Shown piece after piece: positions 52,601 to 64,000 of a DNA stretch of 64,000 bases. Below the pieces are notes generated by a model that was not told the origin of the DNA, did not search any database, and worked only from the letters and a program-made list of their open reading frames with translations. The stretch comes from Polymyxa betae A26-41 (Eukaryota; Protista; Endomyxa: Phytomyxea). The stretch's first letter is position 1. Each line of letters opens with the position of its first letter. Made by a program: the position numbers and the translations under genes. The DNA lies in assembly GCA_003693705.1 (NCBI GenBank), contig RBZT01000261.1, forward strand, positions 29,667-93,666, given 5' to 3'.

Positions 52601-53660
52601 CTGGTGGAAATTGTGGCCCCAATAATGAGCGAATCCTGCATCCAAAGGGATCAAAGATTGCCTGGAGTTCGTCGAAAGATTTTTCCCGAGCATAAGACGA
52701 TAGTGGTTATATAATTCATCGACATTCCTGTACAAATCTTGTATCACAGGGCGACAGTCCGGATCGACTTGAAGCATGCTTTCCAACAGATCGATAACAG
52801 GCTTTTCATAAGCTGGGGATTGGGGGATTTCATATTTACCAGAAAGAATGGCGGACTTGTCTGAGTCGAAAGGATATTTTGAGAATAAAATGTAATAAAA
52901 TACGACACCCAGAGCCCATATGTCTGATGCTTTGTCCACTAGATGCGTATTTCTGATGTTGATAAATTCGGGAGATCGATATTGCTTCGGCACATCCATT
53001 AGTTGGTCAAATTTCCGAAATTCTTCAGATCCTGAGCACCGAATAGGAGATATGGCGCTGGTATTAAAATCGCCTAAGACCCAGTTCCCATTGGCATGAC
53101 GAAATATATTGTCAATCCGAACTCCAAGATGAACAATAGGATGATCTCGTGTGTGCAAAAATAAAAGGGCACTACAAACATTTTGTAGAACGTGCATAGC
53201 GTCAGGGACTTGAAACGAATGCCCAAGTTTAAACATAATCTTTTTCAGGGATCCCTTTGAACAAAATTCCATAATCGACAGAAGCTGAGAATTACCGTCC
53301 TTATCAGTAAAACGCTTTAGCCCATAGCATTGTAGAAGATTTTTGTGATTCGGCAATTTTTGCTAAAAACAAAACTTAGAAAAATGAATAGCTGACAAAT
53401 CAACGCATACATATAGACTTGATTCCCATTGAGAACGAGCGAAAAGATCTTTCGAGCCCTTCCTGATTATGTATCTTTTCAAAACAAATAGCTGCCCATT
53501 AGCGTCTTTAGTAAGATAAAAATTCGCGTGTTTGGCTAGGGCAGATTCAACCAACGATTGTGAAACAGATAACTGTATTCAGACCTGAAGATTTCAGTTG
53601 CGATTGCACAGTTAACTTATGATTGCCAATTTCGACTGTTTTCCCCTGGGCAGCTCCCAT
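49635..53660 (-). CDS. Multidomain kinase: NAK-like pseudokinase, ANTH domain, NPF-containing linker, TKL (Raf-like) kinase
   Basis: Start MGAAQGKTVEIGNHKLTV. The N-terminal kinase has HLGVRIDN and GDFN. ANTH motifs PPKAKYVRRL and YKSLQLIHRLMQEG. The C-terminal kinase has GIGGFAEV, VAVK, HRDLKSAN, DFGLSR and GTFQWMAPE. GT-AG introns keep the frame across 50700-51310. Confidence 0.85.
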
Positions 53661-54287
53661 GGAGAGTCAATAAGCGAAGTCGCAAACGGATGTTGAGCTC
53701 GAGCTATTGCTGGATCTTCATGGGACGCCTGCAGCGCCTCGCCGTCTAGCTGCGACGCCCAAAGCAGCCAGCAATAGGGTATGATGTTAGGTAGAGGCGA
53801 TATACGTACAGGGCAGGAGAACAGCAGCCAGCCCACCACCCCAGCACACACCACGCTGGTTCTCTTATAAACTGTTATAAGCAAATGATTGACTGTAAAG
53901 GGAACCTGACAGCGGCCTTGCTTCCCATTTCCTTTCATTTCTCTCATTCAAAATGATGTCGTTAATTGATAGCACCATGCTCTGCTGCGGGTTGGTCATC
54001 TGTGCCATTTTTCTATCTTCGCCACAAGCTGTACTATCAATTTTCTGAAATTTCAGTTGTTGTCATCTGTTATGACATTGCCGGTTAGAGCTATCCGGTA
54101 ATTATGCAGGCCATCAAAAAGTCAATTGCTAAAAGCGGATTCTTATTCTGCTGTAAAGTTGTTATCGTTTTGTGCAATGAGCTACAGGATATGATGCGCC
54201 AAGACCGCTTATTCGTTGGTATCTCTTTTCCTTTTTTAACGCTGATAGCATAAAAATCCTGTGGAAAAGTGCACAGCTGAGAGAATT

Positions 54288-56509
54288 TTATTTCGATGGA
54301 ACGGGCATGCCAGGCTCCGCTTCAGCTTCGTCAGATTCTTCAATTTTGAAGATATTGGCCGCTGGCGTTGAATGGTTGTGATATGGGACTCCAGCAGCTA
54401 TTCGGGTTAATAAAGGGGTTATAGTCTCGTAATCAGTCGCTTTAAAATAGGACTTTCTGAATGGCATATCCTGCTTGTTGATAAACTGAGCTACAGCTAA
54501 CACGTCGCCAGAACCGTTTTTTACAGGGACACAGAATACGCTTGTCGTCTTATACGAGTCTATTTTGTCTTGCGCTTTATCAAATCGATTGTCTTCATAA
54601 GCGTCCTCAACGATAATCGGAACCCCTTGATTGGCACAACAACCAATCAAGCCTTCTCCTAGCTTGAAAAACAGTGGATCCATTTCTTGACAGCCTGCAA
54701 GCAGCATGAGAAAAATATATCATGTTATTGCAATATCACTAACCCTCTCGAAGGACTGATTTTACTAATTTATTCTCTTGATCCACTATGTATAATGCTG
54801 TTCTATCTGCACCCAATTTATCTCTTGCTTCCAGAAGCGCATCTACTGCTAGTCTATATTGGATTTCAGACTGGGACAAATATTACGTAAAACGAAAGAC
54901 TGACGAGAATCCAATGTCAACTTTTCTCAAATCCTGAGTGATTGTAGAATTTGTACGTTTAGACGGAGAGGCCTGCCGGCTCGGATGAGACGAAACCGAT
55001 CGGCTTGAAAGAGCCTTATCATAAATAATAAGCAGTGAAAAGCAGCAGGTTCTTTGTTGAAGCTTACAGAGCTTTCTGCAGAGCTACCTCCGGCATCAGA
55101 TTCATAAGAGCGAAGATCGCCCAGCTGTCCGTTAACAAACCCAATGGGATTCTGCACTCTCATCATGGTTCGCTGAAAATCCTGCGATTGTGTAAGCACG
55201 AATGCAATCCGTTGGCAAGCGCTATGCTGACGTGTTCCTGAATGAGGTTTAATATCTCCTTCATTTCATTGCACTTCTTTTGTAATTCAGCAGCATGTTG
55301 CACAGTGAAGTAATCTCTCGTATATTGATGGTCCTGTTTGTTTCGAAATTCCAGAACAGCAGCGACACGTCCAGCCCGATCACGAACTGGACCAAGTAAT
55401 ACGCTTGTCGTTTTATAGCTGACCTCTGTATCATTTGTTTGATCAAATCTGGGATCAGCATACGCATCAGGAACTATCATAATCTCCCCGGTTGCCTGCC
55501 AACTATCAGAAACAGACCAGACGAACAATTTGATATTACGAACAGCTACAGTCCCGACTAAACCCTGATTCATTTGATATGATCTGGCATCTGCTTGTTG
55601 TCCCTCTATAACAACCGATTCTACAACGAAGTTTTTGTGATCGACGAGGTATAAAGCACCTCGATCAGCTCCGAACTGCTCACGAGTAGATTGTACGAAG
55701 CTTGCAAGACGTCGGAATCTGGCGTCCTATGAAACTTGAGCTGTATTTTAAAGAGTTTGCAGACGGTCACCTTGTCCATAAGAGCACTTGTGATGTACGA
55801 ATGAGAACGCCGATGTGCTTCGTTTGCTTTGGTGATTATCTCATTTTGAATATCTGTTGATAGTTTCCTCTGATGATATACTTTACTGTATTCATCGACA
55901 GCATTATTATTCTCGGATGCTTCTGATTCGAATAAGGCTTTGACGTCGTTTACTTCATCATTGAAATCGTCATCTTCTTCACCGAGGTCGAAAAGGCTTC
56001 GATCCCCAAATGCAATATTGCCGATTGCTGCTGCAAAGCTGTCTCTTGCTGCCTGACAGAAGACATTGAAATTATTGTAATTGGAACTGCAACATTACCG
56101 GCGAATCCGCTTCTAAATCGATAGTTCTCTCATCTGTTAGAATTGATAAACAGATCTCTGGAGATTCTTGAAACTTCTGTCGAAACAGCGGGCACTGGCT
56201 TGGATTGATCTTTTTGTCAACCACTAAACTAGTAATCGAAGAGACAGGTATATTGCCTTTGGCTTTAGCGACGTTATACCGTCCAGTAGGAAGTCGAACA
56301 TCTTTGATATCGCCCCAATACAACGTTAATAGCATTGGATCACACCAAAGAACTCGCCGCTTCCCTCTCCCATACTTGAATTTATTAAACTCCATTCCGG
56401 TGACAGCTATGGCTTTATAACGATGATAGAGGAGTGTGAGAGACTTATTTCGATGCTGCTTGCGACGAGCACCTTTGGCATGGCTCGGACTGGGGTTTGA
56501 TGCCTCCAT
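54288..56509 (-). CDS. PH domain plus tandem GAF domain protein
   Basis: PH: GMEFNKFKYG...LYW...LSILTDERTIDLEA. Two GAF domains: GADRGALYL...GLVG.VA...DAYADPRF...NK and FQADR...GLIG...DAYEDNRF...INK...F...D. Confidence 0.85.
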
Positions 56510-57155
56510 GGCAGGATCAAAAACAGGTCAATGACCACACACGATGACGGTCTGCATCATTCGGGTCGTACTATATCGTGCCCTCAGTTGCTTTATTTTG
56601 GCAAGAATTCTGCTGCCGAATTCTTGATCAAAGGCATCTGCTCTTATCATTGCTTTTCCTGTTACGTCAAAACTTAATTGTTTTTGAGTCCAGTTTAATC
56701 AAGCCTTTGATGACTTTGAATGTTAACCATGATACATTTTCGTCTCTAATGTAGAAATTATAATATACTTACTACAACTGTAGTAGCTGGGAATTTGGTG
56801 ACATGTTCAAGCTTCAGAAGAAGCTGCATAATGCGTTTCGGCTCCATAAGGTCACAACGTTTAGTTCACGGTAGACTTCTATTTAAACGCTTCATGCTGC
56901 AATTTGGCGGCTTTCTCCATTCGTTGGATTCAGGCCAACATAATCCTTATGCTGTTTGAGGTCGCCAAGGTCAAGCTGGCTGTTTGTGTAGACCCAATCA
57001 TGGTTGACAGCAATGCAAGCGGTTGTTATGAAAATGTAATGTTACGTAGGGGAAGATGGCAGCGTGCAGTTATGATAGAAAGTGCGATTGTGTTACCAAA
57101 GACTCCACCACCTCATTATTTTCAGAACTAACAACCGAGTCGTCATATCTGACGA

Positions 57156-58633
57156 ATGGCGTCTCATCCCAGGTCGCTGCTGACTGTTGCCATCCTGGCG
57201 ATATGTTTCTCGGTCGGCGCAAGCGACCTTCCGGGGGCACCAGAAACCCATCGAAAGCCAATGGAAACCCATCATTCCTGTTTCCCACCTTTCGACCAAG
57301 GATCGGTTTACTGGAAATATGGAGGCAACGCTGTCTCCACATCAAAATCTTTGAGGCTTACTCCTGCAACTCAAAGCATGCAAGGGTGGTTCTGGAATGA
57401 CTATCCACTAGAAAGTCCAAACTGGGAAGTCGAGGTATCACGATTTTATTTCGCCATTTCTATATTGAGGACTGCTTCTAGGCGGGTATCAAAGTATCGT
57501 CGAAACCGCATTTCGGTGGCGATGGATTCGCCTTCTGGGTTCTGTCATCGGAAATGGATCCTTCCTTTCAAACGTCTGATAACTCGTTAAACGGTCCGAT
57601 TTTTGGAATGCAAGAGAACTTTAAGGGACTTGGCGTCGTCTTCGATACTTACGACAATGACGGCCGACGGGATAATCCCTCTGTATTTGCCATCAAGAAT
57701 AATGGCGAAAAATTTATTTACAACAACGATAATGACTACGCCGACAACTACATTCGCGATACTCCAACCAATTCTCATTATAAATGCACAGCCGACTATC
57801 GAAACTTAGTATGGAAAATTTTGTAATCAGAAAATCATATTGCTCAAGCTTTGCAGGGGAAGCCAATGAAAGTCCTGTTCAGATACGTTGATAAAGTACT
57901 TCATGTCTATATCGATGATTCTGTAAAGGAACGAGGCTACAAATTCTGTTTCTCAGTAAATGTCGATCTCGACTACATCCCAGAAAAACATCTGGCGTTT
58001 ACCTCAATGACCGGTTAAAACTTTGTATTATGTTTCCAAATAATTTCATTGATCGATGTTTAGGTGAAGTCGCCGACATTGTCGATCTAACTTACGTGTC
58101 CACACATTATCTTGACGAACGTGATGCGAGCATCTCCGATAATTATTTGGAACACTCCGAAAGTATCGGTGGCTCCAAGTGGCGCTGGACGTACTGGTTC
58201 GTTGTGTTATGTTCTGGTGAGATTAATGCACGTGCTATAAATTCAATTAAAAAATTTCGCAGGAGTGTTCTTGTTGGGCTGGACTGTTCGGGATATAGTT
58301 CAGCTCAGCTCGTTCCAGAAAAGCCACGTCAACCCAGTGTATATTTGCAATGAGCTTAATTCGTGGATTTTGCCTCATTTCATTATCCATTTCTGCTTGT
58401 GCTTTTTGCTGGTTTTTGGCAGCTGGACCGCTTTGTTGTTGAATGCCCCGTTGGTCATCTACCGCATCATGCTGATCGTCCAGAAAAATTATGCATTGGA
58501 TCCAGCAATACTTTCTGGTGGCAGTCATAAAGGCCATGCTAAGCCCAAGTTATCATATACTACCCGCCTTTACATAACGGCTTTCCTCTACCTGATTCCT
58601 ACATGCTTCTACTTTTTTCAACTTTTTTACTGA
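57156..58633 (+). CDS. L-type (ERGIC-53/VIP36-like) lectin fused to a cornichon/Erv14 domain
   Basis: Signal peptide, HSCFPPF, LRLTP..QS.QG..WN, GGDGFAFW, FKGLGVVFDTYDN and MTG|EVAD. The C-terminus reads HVNPVYICNELN..ILP...W..LLLNAPL..Y....LDP. Confidence 0.88.
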
Positions 58634-58717
58634 AATAATTTCAATATTCTCAATACAATACTTTAAATAGTACCTCTCTTGTGATCTGTGATTATTTTCG
58701 AACTATCAATCACACCT

Positions 58718-59917
58718 TTATTTCCTCCGAAGATTTCGAATGAATCGCAATATCCTCTCGTAAAAAAGAAAAAGGAAAGCAGCATTCAAAACAGTTTGCC
58801 ACAGTTTTGCCCAAATACCGGAATAGAGTCCAATGAAACCTGCAAGCAAGCTTTAAAAGCTGACCAGTACCCGATTTTGGTCTATACCAACCTTCGATGG
58901 AGTATACTTTCACTAAAGCGTCCAGAACATTGGCATATTTCGGTTTCTTTTGATTGTTCACTTTGGGTGATGTAAAAACTTGCATTCGCGATTTAACCAA
59001 TTGATACGGATACTTTTGAACATTCAGTTAACCTCAAACCTATCAAATCACTGGACATACAGTTGCAAACGTCGCAGCAGCTTTGGCTACCGCACCCAAT
59101 AGAAAGTACGTAAAGTCAGACTAAATCAGACTTTAGTGACAATTCACTGCTTCGATGTACAAGTTACAACCAAATGGCTCTTCTTGGATCTTGCCATCAA
59201 TGAGACAAGCTGATCGTAAACCACAAACTGGATTGCAGGATTTGACACCAAAATCAACGAAGGGGCAATGCCTGAATACAGGCCAGCTAACCCTTCGGCC
59301 TTGAAGATTTGGTATAACGCTTCAATTAGACTTGAATACTTGGCTTTTGCAGCAACAGCCAATCGAGTCTGGATAACCTAGAAGCATCAATGAGAAAACG
59401 TGGCCGGATTCTAACAATGCAACCAACCCATATAGGATTCGTGATTAAAGCATTTGCTACACCGGCCAGTGCGGCGATGCATAGGTTTTTCCCAGGAGAT
59501 AACACACCATTAGAACTTACTGCCCGTTTCTTCAGGTACTCGTAAAAATAAAAGTACACTGTTGAGCCAATGAAAACCCCGGTCAAAGCAGAATTCATCC
59601 CCCTACTTAATCGCTGAAATAACAGAGGCGAACTTTAACGAACAAACCTGAAAAGGCTAGCGATTCCTTCTTCTTTAGGGATTACATAGAGCGCATGCAA
59701 GACGCCTTCCAGACGGCGACGTGAACCACTACCATCACTTTCGCTTTCGCTTTGATTCACTATTCAATTTTAGTCGGCGGAAGACCCCAACTCGATCGGT
59801 ATTACGCTGGACCTGCAACCGACATCGGACGTTCTCAAGTGGATACAGCAAGCCCATAGCCAAGACTGACGCCGCTCCTCCAGATAAGGCATGGGTCGTT
59901 GTATCAATATCTGACAT
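58718..59917 (-). CDS. Mitochondrial carrier family protein, peroxisomal PMP34/SLC25A17-like
   Basis: HALSGG...YPLENVRCRLQ, VYFYFYE, TNPIWV, LILVSNPAIQF..Y and YPYQLVKSRMQ. Confidence 0.88.
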
Positions 59918-60041
59918 TTTACAATTGTGAAACGAGACACGACCCTATAGGGAAGGCATTGTTTAACGCCAACTCTTCTAAGTAATGTTACCTTCTTACA
60001 ACTCATAGTATTGCTGACCTTCAGCTGTTATTTTATTTTCT

Positions 60042-60723
60042 CTACCGCGCTGTACTGCTGTCAACTAAAAAGACTTTCGAGGCCCGAGTCCAGCGTATAC
60101 TCTGACTGATGCTTCCAAGGCAGAATGCAACCCAGACACTGAGGAATCGGTTCCCATATACAGGCAAGCTCAAAATCGCAACGAATATAAGGACGGCAGC
60201 TAGAATCCATTTTGAGTAGACTTGAGCGAGTTGGATCGGAGGGCGAGGCTTTACAATCGACCGATGTGCTGGCCGTCGCTTCTGGTCTTTGGGTCGAATT
60301 GTTATCATTTTCTGGCCGAACTTTGACAGCCCCCGATGGAAGACAATGATTTTCAACTTAACCGCATCGTACAGCATACAAACAAGACGAACCGATCTGC
60401 ATGATTCTGAGCTATTCAATCAGATTACCGAATAAACATACAATTTTGTCGTTTGGAAAGGGGCGACGAACCCCGTCGTCGAGTCCATTACCAAAAATTC
60501 AGGCCAATTGGTAACAACTCGATATCTATCACGATGAGTTATTGCTCAGCGATCCAAATCACAGAGTTTCCGACTCTAACTCATGGGGAAAAGGATTCTT
60601 GATTTCTAAGGTATCCGACCATACGACATGGTTTGGTTCTTTGGGCAGCACGAGAGATGCTGGCTCTACAATACAAGGAATCTTCCACACAGGTTTATCA
60701 GTTGAAAATAAACTTGTCGACAT
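60042..60723 (-). CDS. MSP-domain membrane protein (MOSPD-like); 3' end uncertain
   Basis: Spliced N-terminus VEPASLVL...LEIKNPF...LE|YRVVTNWP.....TGFVAP follows the MSP pattern. Two C-terminal hydrophobic segments. Confidence 0.6.
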
Positions 60724-60843
60724 ACTTCCGAACTGAGTCTGTTGTTCAACGCCAACCATTTTACTTCCGCTTAAATTTATGGGTTCATACAGGCCGAATA
60801 AACAATGCGATTAGGCATTTCAGTGTTAAAGAATACGAAATGA

Positions 60844-61086
60844 TTATTGCAGAAGGCAGGATCCTTGGTTTTCCTCCTGTCGCTGTTTTCGACGCTTTTC
60901 TGCCTGAAAACAAAAATACCCGTCAGTTGGCGGCAACGAGACCAAGATCGAGACCTGTTCTTTCAGGCAAGCTTTATAAGCATCAAAAGACGGCTGGCAT
61001 TTGCTTCTATGTTCGTAGTTCTTTTCGATGCAGGAGTAGCTTTGGTTGGCAAGAGGAGCGCATGGACTATCAGCAACAAGTGACAT
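60844..61086 (-). CDS. Small twin-Cx9C (CHCH) protein, Cox23-like
   Basis: C-x9-C-x10-C-x9-C: CAPLANQSYSC IEKNYEHRSK CQPSFDAYKAC. A probable in-frame intron lies at about 60904-60954. Confidence 0.8.
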   Translation of the reverse strand: MSLVADSPCAPLANQSYSCIEKNYEHRSKCQPSFDAYKACLKEQVSILVSLPPTDGYFCFQAEKRRKQRQEENQGSCLLQ

Positions 61087-61425
61087 GATTCCGGTAAAGT
61101 AACTGTAATACGCACTACCGTCTGTATCATGGGTGCATTAAACGGAGACCCTACTGGCTGTTTGCTGTCTTCCGATGAAAACATTGTACAATTGAAAACA
61201 GCAGGCAAGATCTAGACAGGCCGAAAGATGTATGAGTGTCTGCTTCCCTAATCCTAACACTTACAACACCTATCATAGGCGTTGCGTTCACTTTGATCTG
61301 TATTGAAGTCTAAAACCCAAAGGGTTGAAGTCTACTGACAATAAGGTGGTATTGACATCTCGATTGCGGCTGAACGTCGAAGCGGCTGACTCTAAGGACC
61401 TGTAATTTTAATGGTCAAAAGAAAT

Positions 61426-62700
61426 TCAACCAGTAATGCGATGTACCATCTTGAAAAGATTATCTCGATGACCAGACTGAGTAAATCGCCGCTTGCATGC
61501 AGAATATGCGAACGGCTTCTTGCCTGCCTGCGTTAGCTTGACTTGCAGGCCAAGTCTTTGATCACATTTGAAGCATGCATAAGCGCCGATACGCATATCA
61601 AGGAGCCAGTCATCCGTTTTCATGGACGAGCAGTTAGATGTAAAAAACTTTCAGATAAAGAATAGTCTTTGCCATCACCGATGACTTTTTCGCCCACATT
61701 AATGTCTGCGTGTTCTGCGATTCCTTTCTGTAGTGGAGAGTCTCTCAGGCGTCGTACAATTGGTCGAACGATGGCGGTCATTTTTTCGACATCGTTACCA
61801 GGGATCCCGTTCTGAAGACAGAAATGGAACGATGTCTCTTGGTCTGTAAGAAGACGAGCGTGACTTTGGCGTAATCGATCCGGCTCCAGATAGCAACCGT
61901 ATCGCTCTCTTTGCAATAACCATCGTCCCAGATTCTTTCACAGTGCAGCGGTATTGTTGTGAAAGGGATCCCAGTGACTGCATACGGTTGTCGAATCCCG
62001 CCATGTGGTGGCTCAGCGTGCCTTCGAGACTCCATTCGCGAATGTGGATCGGTTCTCTTCGCCAGCAGAACTGACTGTCGAAAGATTGCTCCAATGAAAA
62101 AATGTGCCAGCCGTCCGCTCTGTTACCATCCCCATCGACCGTGATTTGTCGTTTGTCGTAAGGCCAGATGAACAGCGCGCCACAGCTTTAGCATCGCCTC
62201 ATCATGTTCAATTGATTAACGGTTATCGCGCGCTGGCATTGCTTCTCGTTGGAGGACCCGAACCAGATATGGCAAATGAGCATGACCTGATCGTCACTTT
62301 TCGGCGTCGTTATAGAACAATGACATGCCTTCCTTAAAGATTGTTGGGTCGCATGTGACTGTGTAGGCCCAGATTTCGAACTGAATGCAAGCTCGACTCC
62401 ACAATGATGGCAGAGGAATGAACTGTCTCGAAGTCGACTGTAACATCTGGAGCAGTCTTCAAATGCTTCTTGTTGGAAAGTTCTAAACAAAATCTCAAAG
62501 CAACCGTAATTTCGAAGTCGATCGTCCATGAGTCGGTTATTCTATGTTTGCTCCTCATGTCCTTGACAATTCGTCTAACTACCGTTTGGACTGCTCCGAA
62601 AATGCAACTGCTTCGAGTTTGTAAAGGTAACTCCCCGGTAGAGACTCGGCAAATTCATGTTTTGTTTATGGAATCTATCCTAGTGAGACACGGAATGGAT
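61426..62700 (-). pseudogene. Possible degenerate C2H2 zinc-finger gene
   Basis: Broken fingers YACFKCDQR... and KKPFAYSACKRRFTQSGHRDNLFKMVH lack some Cys/His ligands. The upstream ORFs are fragmented across frames. Confidence 0.4.
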
Positions 62701-64000
62701 GGTTGAAAGGTGGCGATCCCTCCATGACTTGAATTACGTTGCATCCCCATGGGCCCAATTACCCGACACAGTTTGCGTTACACTCTTAATGGCCGCTTTT
62801 CTGCTGATGCAGACATGGAGTATCTCACACCTATGTTGAGAATTCTACGCCAAAATTAATGCAACAAAGTCGACATTGTCTTTATTATCTGCAACTATCT
62901 CTGGATCGTCTTATGGCACTGAGCCAGATTCTGATGATGAAGCTTTAAAAAACAGATACAAACTTGCAGAGCAACTGCATCTTTGATCTCAGTGCTTTTG
63001 CTTTCCAATTTTAACTCTGCACGCCTTCGAGATCGACAACATTCGATATCCGGTTCTATTTAAGGTACAAATCGCCAGAAACTGAAACTTTCTTTTATTT
63101 GGATATTAAAGATTCCGGCTTGGTTTAATCTTTACGCGACTTGAACATATCGTTAAAATAAACGTAAGTGACTTTCATATCTGGGTTAGGCTCGTTCCAT
63201 TGGCCAATCTTATCTTTCGTTCCTGGACGCTCAAGAACGACTGGAACGGTCACCTGAGATAAGACTGATTTTACTGAAGACGGCTCCTGCAAATATCTGA
63301 TTAATTTCAATATGACGTCTCGCAACATTATGCACCAGATTATATTCTTTTGCTAATTTTTCCACAGATTCGTTATCTGGATCTTTCCGATGGCGAACGA
63401 TCAATTCGGCCCAGGCTTTAGCTGTTATTCTGAGCCAAACAATGAATATAAATAACTATACCATGGAACGCAAGCACCTTCCAGGAATTTCCGGATCCTC
63501 ATACTGATCGACATTCTTTGATACCGGCAAAGGGCCTGCAGCTTTGATAGGCATCGGTGGAATTACCTCCACCTCTTGCATGATCTGTGTAGCTCGGGTT
63601 ACCAACATCTCATCCTTCACATGGATCGGATGAACTAATGATCACATTATGAACCGAAACTACCACGGAGGGCCACCTACGATGCCTCGTCGAGGCGTCG
63701 GTCTGTGGTGGCTCCGGTTTCAAACGCTGCACGGCCGGTGCTGTTCGCTTCGATAACCGTGAAATCGCACCGCCCATTGTCTCTTATTGCAATGGCGATT
63801 TACCTCACTGATAACCGGATGGGGGATTGGGGTCCGTTCCGGGCAAATCACCGATTCAATTCTTGTATCTTTGATCGGATTGAGGATTATCATAAGCTCT
63901 TGAACGTTTTCGCAGTAATAAAGATATCTGTCTATTCGCAACAGCTTGTTTACTTAAATCATCATAGATAACTATGTCATGCTTTCTCTTCTCTACTGCA

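Overview
Gene-dense eukaryotic DNA with many short (about 45-60 nt) GT-AG introns, so the ORF track splits most genes; the spans below are hand-spliced and approximate. Flagellar genes (AHI1, CEP89-like, CDK20) and secreted multi-CBM18 GH19 chitinases suggest a zoosporic protist such as a plasmodiophorid (inference). About 27 genes are recognisable. The main finding is an intronless 448-aa ORF (43621-44967) that fuses an NAA80-like GNAT acetyltransferase to an ACTMAP/C19orf54-like cysteine protease. These are the two consecutive enzymes of actin N-terminal maturation in animals. Other unusual architectures: an L-type lectin-cornichon fusion (57156-58633); a myristoylated NAK-like pseudokinase-ANTH-TKL kinase (49635-53660); a PH-GAF-GAF protein with no catalytic domain; and a secreted CUB/basic mucin/LamG-like protein. 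Two regions (about 15.3-20 kb and 44.6-47.7 kb) show AT/GC patchwork and strong enrichment of GTACTGG regardless of frame or strand. All family calls come from remembered motifs, not database searches.
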